From assembly GCA_048500355.1 (NCBI GenBank), contig JASNYD010000004.1, forward strand, positions 192,001 through 256,000: a stretch of DNA of 64,000 bases. Reading direction: 5' to 3'. This DNA comes from Kofleriaceae bacterium. GTDB lineage: Bacteria; Myxococcota_A; Polyangia; Haliangiales; Haliangiaceae. Both the position numbers and the translations under genes were made by a program. The notes under the pieces are model-generated. The model saw only the letters and a list, made by a program, of their open reading frames with translations, did not search any database and was not told the DNA's origin. Shown here piece by piece: positions 21,713 to 31,611 of this stretch; position 1 is the stretch's first letter, and the number at the start of each line of letters is the position of its first letter.

Positions 21713-21911
21713 GGTGGGTGCACCGCCCGCGCGGGTGGGTGGCACCGCCCGCGCGGGTGGGTGGCACCCTGGCGGACCGGGATCCCGGTGGAATCCCGGT
21801 GGGTGGCACCGCGCGGGCCCGGCTGCGTCGGCGTGTTGGTGGGTGGCACCGCGCGCGGGCCCGGCTGCCGCGGTGTGGCGGTGGCGGCGTGGCGGCGGGT
21901 GGCACCGCGGC
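21713..21911. repeat. Direct repeat family G(T)GGGTGGCACCGC(C)CGCGCGG upstream of the tRNA genes.
   Basis: Six copies in about 200 bp: 21713, 21735, 21757, 21799, 21836, 21898. The first three form a 22-bp tandem array. Also atcccggtgg x2 at 21782/21793. Confidence 0.5.
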
Positions 21912-21965
21912 CTCCGCGGAGATCCGGTCGCCGGCCGCACGTCGCGCAGGCTCGGCCACCAGCTA

Positions 21966-22000
21966 TTGACACGGCACAACCGCTCGACTAGAAACCATGG
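21966..22000 (+). promoter_or_regulatory. Putative sigma70-type promoter of the tRNA-Val/tRNA-Asp operon.
   Basis: TTGACA at 21966-21971, a 17-nt spacer, then TAGAAA, about 20 nt upstream of the tRNA-Val 5' end. Confidence 0.4.
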
Positions 22001-22019
22001 ACCTCGCGTTCGAGGACGC

Positions 22020-22091
22020 GGGCGGATAGCTCAGCGGAAGAGCATTGCCCTTACAAGGCAGTGGTCGCAGGTTCGAACCCTGCTCCGCCTA
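22020..22091 (+). tRNA. tRNA-Val (anticodon TAC).
   Basis: Manual cloverleaf fold. Acceptor GGGCGGA/TCCGCCT, D stem GCTC/GAGC, anticodon stem TTGCC/GGCAG, loop CTTACAA, T arm GCAGG-TTCGAAC-CCTGC, discriminator A. Confidence 0.85.
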
Positions 22092-22106
22092 CGAGCCTGA
22101 AAATCT

Positions 22107-22183
<77 letters not shown>

Positions 22184-22214
22184 CTGATCCTGAGTACGTA
22201 ATCGTGGCTCGCAC

Positions 22215-22253
22215 AGAGTCAGCATCGAAAGGTGCTGACTCTTTTGCGTTTTC
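22215..22253 (+). terminator. Rho-independent terminator of the tRNA operon.
   Basis: Perfect 10-bp stem AGAGTCAGCA / TGCTGACTCT with loop tcgaaagg, followed by a TTTGCGTTTTC tail. Confidence 0.6.
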
Positions 22254-22354
22254 GGCGATGCGACCACGCGCTCGCGACGACACAGAATCGGGATTTCAGT
22301 CAGATTACGGGAGCGTTCGTCGCGTCCTCTCCCGCTCTGGGGGAGCGGCCCTCC

Positions 22355-22490
22355 GCGTGACAGCGCGAGCGACCGCGGCCCCGCGCGTGACAGGGAGGCC
22401 CCGGGCGTGACTGCGCCGGCCCTACGCGTGACTGGGAGGCCCGGCGCGTGACGGCGCCGGCCCAGGGCGTGACGGCGCCACGTGACGTCA
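22355..22490 (+). promoter_or_regulatory. Periodic GCGTGAC repeat array (~2.5 copies of a ~41-bp unit) upstream of the XRE regulator gene.
   Basis: GCGTGAC at 22355, 22385, 22405, 22426, 22446, 22467, 22480. Spacings are 30, 20, 21, 20, 21, 13 nt. Alternating flanks are GGGAGGCCC and GCGCCGGCCC. The array ends in the palindrome TGACGTCA. Confidence 0.55.
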
Positions 22491-22564
22491 TGCTGTCGTC
22501 CTACTGTCGTGGTGTGCCGCCGTCGCGAGAGCCACGTTCGTTGCCAAGAAAGGAGCGAACGATC

Positions 22565-23260
22565 ATGAACGACACCATCGCGACCAACATCCGCGCTCTT
22601 CGAGAGCACCGTGCCTGGACGCAGGAGCACCTCGCGGCTGCCGCCAGCGTCGACACGCGCACGATCCAACGAGCCGAGCAAGGACGAGGGATCAGCGCCG
22701 AGACGCTTCTAGCCGTCGCCTCCGCGTTGGAGGTGTCCGTCGACCTGTTGCGTTTCGACGCGCGGGATGAATTCGCACGGCGCTACGGAGTAACTCGCGA
22801 TCAGGTTACTCGGGAGTTCGTCGAGGAGAAACTCAAGGAACACAAGGCGGCCTTCGACACTGAGTACTCGACGATCAGGCTCACCGCCGTCTCGGCGAGC
22901 GCGGACCTGTCCATCGTCTCTGAAGCCGAGGCGTTGCTCTTCAACTGCAGCGCCTCCTGCGACGACGTTCAAGATCTGGCCGCAGACCTGAAGCAGTATC
23001 TCTTCGAGATGATCGAGCTGAAGGGTGACCTCACTTCCCTCCAGCAACGCGAGGGTGTGAAACAAGCGTACGAGTTCGTGAAGCGCCTCAATCTGCTCGG
23101 GTGCGTCGTCTCCGTCGCAGTCCAAACCCGGAGCATCATGCTCGGCGAAGGATCGAAGGTGCCGCTCACCACGCTCGTCGTCGTCGTTGTTCCCGAGGAC
23201 GAGGCTAGCGAACTAGCGGCCATCCCGAAGCGCACGGCCGTCGACTTCGGCGTCGTGTAG
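22565..23260 (+). CDS. XRE-family helix-turn-helix transcriptional regulator (phage repressor-like).
   Basis: HTH_3-type motif in the N-terminal region (IRALREHRAWTQEHLAAAASVDTRTIQRAEQG). Strong AAAGGAG RBS 6 nt before ATG 22565. Markedly lower GC than flanking DNA. Confidence 0.75.
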   Translation: MNDTIATNIRALREHRAWTQEHLAAAASVDTRTIQRAEQGRGISAETLLAVASALEVSVDLLRFDARDEFARRYGVTRDQVTREFVEEKLKEHKAAFDTEYSTIRLTAVSASADLSIVSEAEALLFNCSASCDDVQDLAADLKQYLFEMIELKGDLTSLQQREGVKQAYEFVKRLNLLGCVVSVAVQTRSIMLGEGSKVPLTTLVVVVVPEDEASELAAIPKRTAVDFGVV

Positions 23261-23611
23261 GGCGCGCAGGTGCTCCCAGGCGACACGCTGGCGCGCCCAT
23301 GAGACCTCGCGCGCGACGCGCTCGAACACAGCTCGCTCCGTCGGCGTTGAACCTCGAGTCGTCAGCGCGAGGATCTGATCCTGTATATCAGGCGCGAGAA
23401 ACGTCAGCCGGACCAGGACCGAGATCCGCTGACGGCTGACACCGAGCGCTCGTGCGACCGTCGCGTAGTCACTGACCTGCCCCGCCTCGACGGCTGCGCG
23501 GACCTGGATCGCAAACGCCAGGATGCGAGCAAGCGGCGCGGGCGTGGGCGCAGGTCGCGGCGTCGGTGCCGGCCGCGGCAGTCTTCCACCGAGAATTGCG
23601 CCGTCAACGCG
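23213..23611 (-). CDS. Small HTH DNA-binding protein encoded downstream of the recombinase; a candidate recombination directionality factor or regulator.
   Basis: A GTG start preceded by an AAGGAGAAG RBS lies within the last codons of the recombinase. HTH-like segment ATVARALGVSRQRISVLVRLTFLAPDIQDQIL. Its 3' end overlaps the convergent XRE gene. Confidence 0.4.
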   Translation of the reverse strand, partial: RVDGAILGGRLPRPAPTPRPAPTPAPLARILAFAIQVRAAVEAGQVSDYATVARALGVSRQRISVLVRLTFLAPDIQDQILALTTRGSTPTERAVFERVAREVSWARQRVAWEHLRALHDAEVDGRALRDGR

Positions 23612-25121
23612 CACCGCGCTTCTCCTTGGTCGCGGCGGCGCTCTGGGAGAGGAACGAGGCCAGACGGATCTGATAGCCGCCATTCGCGGCGTCCACGGTC
23701 ACCTGGTCCACCGCGGAGCGCACGACCCGGGCGCGGTTCTCGATAGACAAGAGCTCCCAGACCTCGTCGAGCCGTTCGAGCGAGCGCGCCACCGCCGCTC
23801 GGGTCTCGAGCTCGGAGGCGAGCCGACCAAGCCGTTCCTCCAGCGTCCCACGCTCGGCGCGCGCGGTCGCCATGGCCGCATCGTTGTCCGCGAGTGCGCG
23901 CACAACACCGGGCGCCGTTGGGTCGGCAGCGTTCGAGAGGATCTGATGGCGACCTGCCGCAAGTTGCGCGACGCGCTGAGCCAGCGCGGTCTGCCCCGAT
24001 CGGAGCGCCTCGCGCTCCGCATCGAGCTCGGCGCTCACCGCATCGACCAGATCGTGATCGAGCCCGGCCTCGCCCAGGCGCTGGCGGAGCACGTCGGCGA
24101 CCGCCTCCTCGATCGGCCCAGCCGCCAGGTGTCCACTTGGACACGCTGCGGCGTCCCGCTTGTCGCGGCGGAGGCATCGGTAGTAGCGGTACCGCTTTCC
24201 ATTCTTTCGCACCGACGCGCCGACCATCCGCGTCCCACACGCCGCACAGCGCAGGACGCCACCGAGCAGGAAGTCGGAACCGGTGCGGGCGACGTCGCCA
24301 CGACGATGCACCTTCAGGAGCTCCTGCACCTCGTGCCAGGTTTGCCGGCTCACCATCGGTTCGTGGACCCCATCGACGAGCTCATCGCCGACCCGCAGGA
24401 GCCCCGCGTAGACCGGCGCGGTAAGGACGCGGAGCACGGCGTTCTTGGTCCAGTCGCCCTCCTTCGCCGGTGGCGGCGCTCCCGCCGCATTCAGCTCCGC
24501 GGCGACCTGATTCGCCGACCGCACGTCGAGATAGCTGTCGTAGATCTGCCGCACCCAGCGAGCGCGTTCCGGATCGGGCCGGAGGCGTCGCTCCTCGAAC
24601 ACATAGCCGAAGGGCGTAACGCCGCCCGTCCATTGTCCCCGGCGGCGCGCGGCGCGGATCTTGTCGCGCGTGCGCGCGCAGATCATCTCGCGCTCGAACT
24701 CGGCAAACGTCATGAGGATGTTCAAGACCAGCCGCCCCATCGGGTCCGCGGTCGAGAAGTTCTGCGTGACCGAGACGAACGCTGCACCGCCCTCCTCGAA
24801 GCGCGACATGATCTGGGTGAAGTCGAGGAGCGAGCGCGACAGGCGGTCGAGCTTGTAGACGACGACCACGTCGATCTTCCCATCGTCGATGTCGGCGAGC
24901 AGACGCTGGAACGCCGGCCGATCCAGGTTCGCCCCGGTGTAGCCACCATCCTCGTAGACCTCGGTCATGGTCCATCCGTCCGCGGCGCGCAACGCGACGT
25001 ACTGCTCGCACGCCTCGCGCTGGGCATCGAGCGAGTTGAACTCCTGATCGAGCCCATGGGTCGTCGACTTGCGCACGTAGATGACGCAACGCTTCGCAGG
25101 GACCGCGTCGCGGAGCTTCAT
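23604..25121 (-). CDS. Large serine recombinase (phage integrase/resolvase family).
   Basis: Resolvase catalytic domain (CVIYVRKSTTHGLDQEFNSLDAQ), recombinase domain, Cys4 zinc ribbon (CAACGTR...CPSGH) and C-terminal coiled coil. Start taken at an internal ATG (MKLRDAV) of track ORF 23604..25196. Confidence 0.85.
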   Translation of the reverse strand: MKLRDAVPAKRCVIYVRKSTTHGLDQEFNSLDAQREACEQYVALRAADGWTMTEVYEDGGYTGANLDRPAFQRLLADIDDGKIDVVVVYKLDRLSRSLLDFTQIMSRFEEGGAAFVSVTQNFSTADPMGRLVLNILMTFAEFEREMICARTRDKIRAARRRGQWTGGVTPFGYVFEERRLRPDPERARWVRQIYDSYLDVRSANQVAAELNAAGAPPPAKEGDWTKNAVLRVLTAPVYAGLLRVGDELVDGVHEPMVSRQTWHEVQELLKVHRRGDVARTGSDFLLGGVLRCAACGTRMVGASVRKNGKRYRYYRCLRRDKRDAAACPSGHLAAGPIEEAVADVLRQRLGEAGLDHDLVDAVSAELDAEREALRSGQTALAQRVAQLAAGRHQILSNAADPTAPGVVRALADNDAAMATARAERGTLEERLGRLASELETRAAVARSLERLDEVWELLSIENRARVVRSAVDQVTVDAANGGYQIRLASFLSQSAAATKEKRGAR

Positions 25122-25135
25122 GGGCGGCTTGCGCG

Positions 25136-25681
25136 TCACGGCGCGGCCTCCTCGCTCGCTCCCTGCGTGAGCCCGAAGAACTGGAAGCCGTTCCACTGGC
25201 GCTGCGTGATGGTCCGCGCGACGTGACTCAGGCTCTTGTAGCGCCGGCCTTGGTAGGTGAACGAATCCTCTCCGACCTCCACCTCGTGGTCCTGGCCGCG
25301 GTACCGGCGCGTGAGACGCGTCCCGGGCGCGGGCAGGCGCGGGTCGCGCTCGAGCAGCGCTCGCTCGTCGCGCTTGTCCTTCGCGGGCGCAACGATCTGC
25401 ACCGGCTTCGCCCGCATCCGCCAGCGAAGAGGAACCTCGTCGCCGAGCTCGGCCACGCGCCGCGCGATGCCATCCTTGGGGTACGGCTCGGCACGCTCCT
25501 GGATCACCGTTGCAACCGCGCGCATCAGATAGTCGCGGTTGTTCGTGCGTACCGTCTGACCGGTGAGCTCGGCCAGACGACGCGCCAGATCGCGCGAGCT
25601 CATCGTACTGAGTGCAGCAAGCTCGTCCGTGAGGTCAGCTAGCTGCTGCGAGCTTCGAGTGTCCTTCTTCGACGTCATGCG
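25136..25681 (-). CDS. DUF2924-family protein, the typical partner of large serine recombinases.
   Basis: C-terminal signature LTRRYRGQDHEVEVGEDSFTYQGRRYKSLSHVARTITQRQWNGFQFFGL. Strong GGAAGGAGAA RBS before ATG (MTSKKDTR). Confidence 0.75.
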   Translation of the reverse strand, partial: RMTSKKDTRSSQQLADLTDELAALSTMSSRDLARRLAELTGQTVRTNNRDYLMRAVATVIQERAEPYPKDGIARRVAELGDEVPLRWRMRAKPVQIVAPAKDKRDERALLERDPRLPAPGTRLTRRYRGQDHEVEVGEDSFTYQGRRYKSLSHVARTITQRQWNGFQFFGLTQGASEEAAP

Positions 25682-25837
25682 GTGCGTTCTCCTTCCGGGC
25701 GCTCTGGCCCGGGCGTGGACACAGACGCTCTGTTTGCGACCAAAGGCAACGGAGTGGTGGCGCGTGTCTGCCACCATGCTCGGATCCCCTTCGCGAGAAG
25801 CCGCACGAGCCGGTCGCGCCGTTCGTCGTGGTCGACC

Positions 25838-26230
25838 TCATTCGTCGGAGACGACATCCGCCACCACCTCGCCACCGCCCAGCTTCAACCCGTCCGGGAA
25901 CCAGCGTGCGAGCACGGCGTCCGGCACCGGAGGACACACCTTCTCGGCGTCCTTGCTGTCCCGCGCAACTCGTCCACGTCGAGCGAGTGTCGCGTGCAGA
26001 TGGTCGACGAGGAGCTGGTGCCGGTGCGTATCACCGCCCAGGATCTCGGTTGCGACACGTGGCGCTCGCACCAAGAACTCGATCGCGCCGCATGCACATG
26101 AAGGCAGCGCCACAATGGCGGTGACGCTCGACAGCGTCCTCACCTCCACGCCCTGCAGGCGCACGTCGCGCGCCTCGTTGCACATCGCACACCGCACACC
26201 GATGCGGTCGTCGTCCATGAACTCGATCAT
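25838..26230 (-). CDS. Small Cys-containing hypothetical protein; by its position downstream of the tail fiber, a possible tail-fiber assembly chaperone.
   Basis: Strong GGAAAGGAGAGGGAAGG RBS before ATG (MIEFMDDDRIGVRCAMCNE...). 130 aa. No family match. Confidence 0.4.
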   Translation of the reverse strand: MIEFMDDDRIGVRCAMCNEARDVRLQGVEVRTLSSVTAIVALPSCACGAIEFLVRAPRVATEILGGDTHRHQLLVDHLHATLARRGRVARDSKDAEKVCPPVPDAVLARWFPDGLKLGGGEVVADVVSDE

Positions 26231-26259
26231 TCCCCTTCCCTCTCCTTTCCCACCGCCGT

Positions 26260-28158
26260 CTATGCGCTGGCGGTGTAGCGGCCGACCCAGCGTGAGTGCT
26301 CGCCGCCGGCGACGAACTGCGTCGAGCGAATCGTGAAGCCGTCCCGATCGATGTGATCGATCAGCGGATTGCCGGCGAAGTTGCTCCCCCCGATCGTCAC
26401 GAGGGTGATCGACGACGGCGGTCCCAGGAAGCGACCCCGCAGGTTGACGGAGTTGCCCATCGACACGTTTCGTCCCGTCGTCGCCGTGTTGGTGCCCTCG
26501 CAGCTCACGCGTCCCGAGTCGCTGATCTGCCCGAAGACCTCCCACGTGGCCGAGCTCGAGCCGCCGAGCACAAGGCGCCACACCTTCAGCCACGCCGTGA
26601 AGGGCGTGGCGCCCGAGTGATACAAGACCTGGAAGGTGCCTCGCTCGAGCACCAGCGCCACGGACTCGAGCGCGGCGTTGTCCTTGTTCCACTCGCTGGT
26701 CGTTCGCTGTGCGTTGACAGTGAACGTCACGCCCAGGCCCGTGGCGTAGACCCGGAACACGGAGTTGAGTCCCGCGCCCCGGCTCTCCCAGAGCAGGACG
26801 TACGCGTCACCGGACAGCTGCGGCTGGCGGATCGTCCGGTGCCAGCCACCGAAGGAAGATCCCTCCGGCCGGATGTGGTCCTGGTTGAACGCGCCCATGA
26901 CCTCGCTGAGCGCGGCCTCCACCTCCACGGCCGCATACCGATTGCCGGCATCGGCGAAGCCGATGGCGCTCGCCGCATGCGCGCCGGTCGGTGTCGACAC
27001 GTGCGCGTTCAGCCCCGCGAGCAATAGGCCCAACGTCCCTTGCAGCGGACCGGCGGGGATCGACAGCGGACCTCCCGCTATCGACTCCACTCCGACTCGA
27101 GACGCGCCAGACTGCCCCGCCGCCGTCGTGAGGAGGTCGGCGACGATTTCCTGCAGCTGACCCTGCGCCGTCGTGGCCGCGATGTGCGCATGCGGCGTCG
27201 CTACGACCGCACTTGCCGCATGCGCGGCGACCGCAGCGGTGAGGTGTGCGTTGTGGTGGCCGACGAGTTGCTGGAGCTGCGCGTCGACGGTCCCCGGCGC
27301 GAGCCCGGCGGGGCTCGTTGCCACGGCATCCGCACCCACTCGCGCGGCCCCCGGCGCGCCCTGCGTGGTCGAAGCAAGCGCATCGACGAGCTCGGCGAGA
27401 ACCGCTTGAACGTTGGAGCCGGTCAGGTATGCGGGTGGCGTCACGTCGACGTGGTCCGCGCGGTGCCTGTGGGATGCTCCCGCAACGTGGCCGGTGAGTA
27501 CGTCGTCGACAGCGTCGAGGCTCGCCTGCACCGTGGGCGCCGCCGGCTGCAGCGTCCGCCACGCGCCCGGCTGGGCAGCGATCGCCTCGGCCGCCGACAG
27601 CACGAAGGACTGCCGTCGGCTGGTGTCGATGTCGGCGGCGACGATCGCGGTCTGCCCCGGCCGTCGGCGCACGTCACACACCAGCACCATGTCTGGATCG
27701 ATCGGTGGTCGAGTCGCGGTGCCCGCCGCTCCTTCGGGCCCCTGGACCACGACCACGTCGGCCGCCTCGTCACGGCGGAAGTGGGCGACCTGCGAGTTGC
27801 CGTCGGTGCGCGGATCGTACTCGATACGCGCGAAACGCAAGAACAAGCTGACCCAGCGCTCGTTGCCGGCCGTCGTGACCTCGGTTGGCGCACCGCTCGC
27901 GTCGATCGAGATCTCGACGGTCGTGGGCCCTCCGACGAACAAGCGACGGCCATGTCGATCGTACGCCCGCCCCGGCGCCGTCACGTCGACCGTGAGATCG
28001 GCGACGGGCTGGTGAGGCACAGCGACGGCCCCGTTGATGATGCCGAACACGCCGAGGTCAACCGCGAAGCGTCGATCCGCCTCTTCCACCTGATCGAACG
28101 CGAGATTCATCTCTGCGTCCTGAACTAGCTGATCGAAATACCACCTCACCCTGTCCAC
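26260..28158 (-). CDS. Phage tail fiber / host-specificity protein.
   Basis: 632 aa with a Gly/Ala/Thr-rich repetitive beta-type composition. It sits next to the baseplate genes. Confidence 0.55.
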   Translation of the reverse strand: MDRVRWYFDQLVQDAEMNLAFDQVEEADRRFAVDLGVFGIINGAVAVPHQPVADLTVDVTAPGRAYDRHGRRLFVGGPTTVEISIDASGAPTEVTTAGNERWVSLFLRFARIEYDPRTDGNSQVAHFRRDEAADVVVVQGPEGAAGTATRPPIDPDMVLVCDVRRRPGQTAIVAADIDTSRRQSFVLSAAEAIAAQPGAWRTLQPAAPTVQASLDAVDDVLTGHVAGASHRHRADHVDVTPPAYLTGSNVQAVLAELVDALASTTQGAPGAARVGADAVATSPAGLAPGTVDAQLQQLVGHHNAHLTAAVAAHAASAVVATPHAHIAATTAQGQLQEIVADLLTTAAGQSGASRVGVESIAGGPLSIPAGPLQGTLGLLLAGLNAHVSTPTGAHAASAIGFADAGNRYAAVEVEAALSEVMGAFNQDHIRPEGSSFGGWHRTIRQPQLSGDAYVLLWESRGAGLNSVFRVYATGLGVTFTVNAQRTTSEWNKDNAALESVALVLERGTFQVLYHSGATPFTAWLKVWRLVLGGSSSATWEVFGQISDSGRVSCEGTNTATTGRNVSMGNSVNLRGRFLGPPSSITLVTIGGSNFAGNPLIDHIDRDGFTIRSTQFVAGGEHSRWVGRYTASA

Positions 28159-28191
28159 ACTCGCCTCCTTGGTACGACTGGTTGGAACAAC

Positions 28192-29221
28192 CTAGAGAAC
28201 GGGAACGCTGCTCGAGCGACAAAGGCCATGGAACGGTGGGCCCTGCCCGACGAGATCGGCGAGGGCGCTGTCGTCGAGACGCGGCCGGAATTCCCCGACG
28301 TCGTCGCTCGTTCCCGTGCCTGAGCGCACGATCTGCGCGAGCTCGCGGCGGCCGCTCGCGTGCTCGACGAAGAGCACGCCGCCGTTCTGCCGCACCCACG
28401 GTGCCGCGCGCTTCACGTCGTCTGGATCAGAGAGCTGCTCGACTCGATCGAACCCGGCGATCGCCGATCGCACGGAGAACACCTTTCCGTGCATGAAACG
28501 GCAGATCAGCGTGGTCGCCTCGTCGAGCACGGCCTGGACGCGGTACCGCTCGATGCCGGCCTCGGCGTACGACGACATCTGCGCGAACGAGCGCGCGCGC
28601 CCGATGAACGCACCAGCGACGACCTCCCAGTAGAACCGCGACCGCCCGGTGAGCGTGGCCTCGGTCATGCCCGCGAGCTCAGTGGCGACATCGGCGCGAT
28701 CGCGTCCAGCCTCGAGCCCTGACGCCACAATCTGCCTGGCGCGTTGGCCGAGCTCGTCGAGCCGGCGGCCGTACGTGTCGGTCACGAACAGGGCGTGCGA
28801 GCGGGTCACGTGCCGCACGATGCGACGATCGAGCGCGTTCAGCTCGACGCCGATCGCGAGCCGATGGTGACGGCGCGAGACCGTGCGCGTCGCGCTCACG
28901 ACCTCGACGGCGGCATCGCCGAGCGGGGCGTCGAGCTTCGTGGGCACGACGCGAACATGGCGGCCGGCGACACGCATCGCCTCGTCCACGAGCCGTCGCC
29001 GCTCCGCGGCCGTCGTGCGCCTCCAGTCGACGTCGAGGACGGCTACGGCCTCACGCACCGCGCGTCCCTCGTCGCCGGCAGCGACGGCGCGGAGCCGCCC
29101 CGCAAGTGCGGCCACGGCCCGGTCGAAACCGGCGGCGGTCGAGAGGTCGAGGACCTTGGCGAGAGGCGCGCCGAGCACGTACGCAAGCAGCTCGTCGGCG
29201 GCGACGCGCCCGTCGAGGATG

Positions 29222-29238
<17 letters not shown>
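28192..29238 (-). CDS. Phage head morphogenesis protein (Mu gpF / SPP1 gp7-like).
   Basis: Lies immediately downstream of the portal gene. GGAGG RBS before an internal ATG (MTSPDDIL). The 5' end overlaps the portal 3' end. Family call by context and weak motif similarity. Confidence 0.45.
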
Positions 29239-30967
<1,729 letters not shown>

Positions 30968-30985
30968 CATCGACGCCATCTCCTC

Positions 30986-31579
30986 TCACGCCCGCTCGAG
31001 CAACGTGCTTCGTCCCAGTCGCCCGTGGCCTAGCCGCCAGGTCACGGGCGGTGGCACGGGCAGCGGCTCGACGATCGCCCGCAGATGCGTGTGCGCCGGC
31101 TTCACGTACTCGACGAGCCAGCGCACCTGGCGGCGCTCGTCCTCGGTCAGCATGCGGTCCATCACCACATCGAACGCGTAGCGGTGGTAGCGCTCTCCCG
31201 ACCCCAACCGGAAGTCGCGCCCGAGCCGCGAGCGACCGAGGCGCGCCCCCACCGCCAGATGGGGCACGATCTGCACTTCGAGGCCCGCGAAGAAGAGCAA
31301 GACCTGCTCGATGCCCTGCGCGGTCCCCTTGAGGCGGTACATCGCCACGAGCGTCGACGCCAGCCGGCGCTTCCGCGTGAGGTCGAGCGCGAAGGGGAAC
31401 GGGTTCCCCAGGTCGGCCAGGAGCAGATCCAGGTACGCCTCCGGCGCCCAGCGCAGGTCGATGATGGCGAGCCACCGATCTTGCTCCGCGAGGACCAGAT
31501 CGATCGCCGCCTGCAGGCAGCGCACGAAGGCGCGAAGGTCGCCGGTCGTGTCGGAGCGACGGATGTGCACCGGCAACAT
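30986..31579 (-). CDS. Baseplate assembly protein (P2 gpI-like tail protein).
   Basis: YRLKGTAQGIEQVLLFFAGLEVQIV motif, similar to the P2 gpI family. Lies adjacent to gpJ. The N-terminal Arg-rich extension of track ORF 30986..31786 is judged spurious. Confidence 0.5.
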   Translation of the reverse strand: MLPVHIRRSDTTGDLRAFVRCLQAAIDLVLAEQDRWLAIIDLRWAPEAYLDLLLADLGNPFPFALDLTRKRRLASTLVAMYRLKGTAQGIEQVLLFFAGLEVQIVPHLAVGARLGRSRLGRDFRLGSGERYHRYAFDVVMDRMLTEDERRQVRWLVEYVKPAHTHLRAIVEPLPVPPPVTWRLGHGRLGRSTLLERA

Positions 31580-31611
31580 CCGCCACGCGTCGAACACGCG
31601 CGACGCCGGCC

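Noticed and set aside
21631-21991. Short ORFs inside the tRNA leader repeat region, and a possible sigma54 promoter from the TGGCAC cores.
   Set aside because: The ORFs are created by the repeats themselves. The TGGCAC occurs six times, with poor -12 elements at the correct spacing, so it is better explained as a repeat family.
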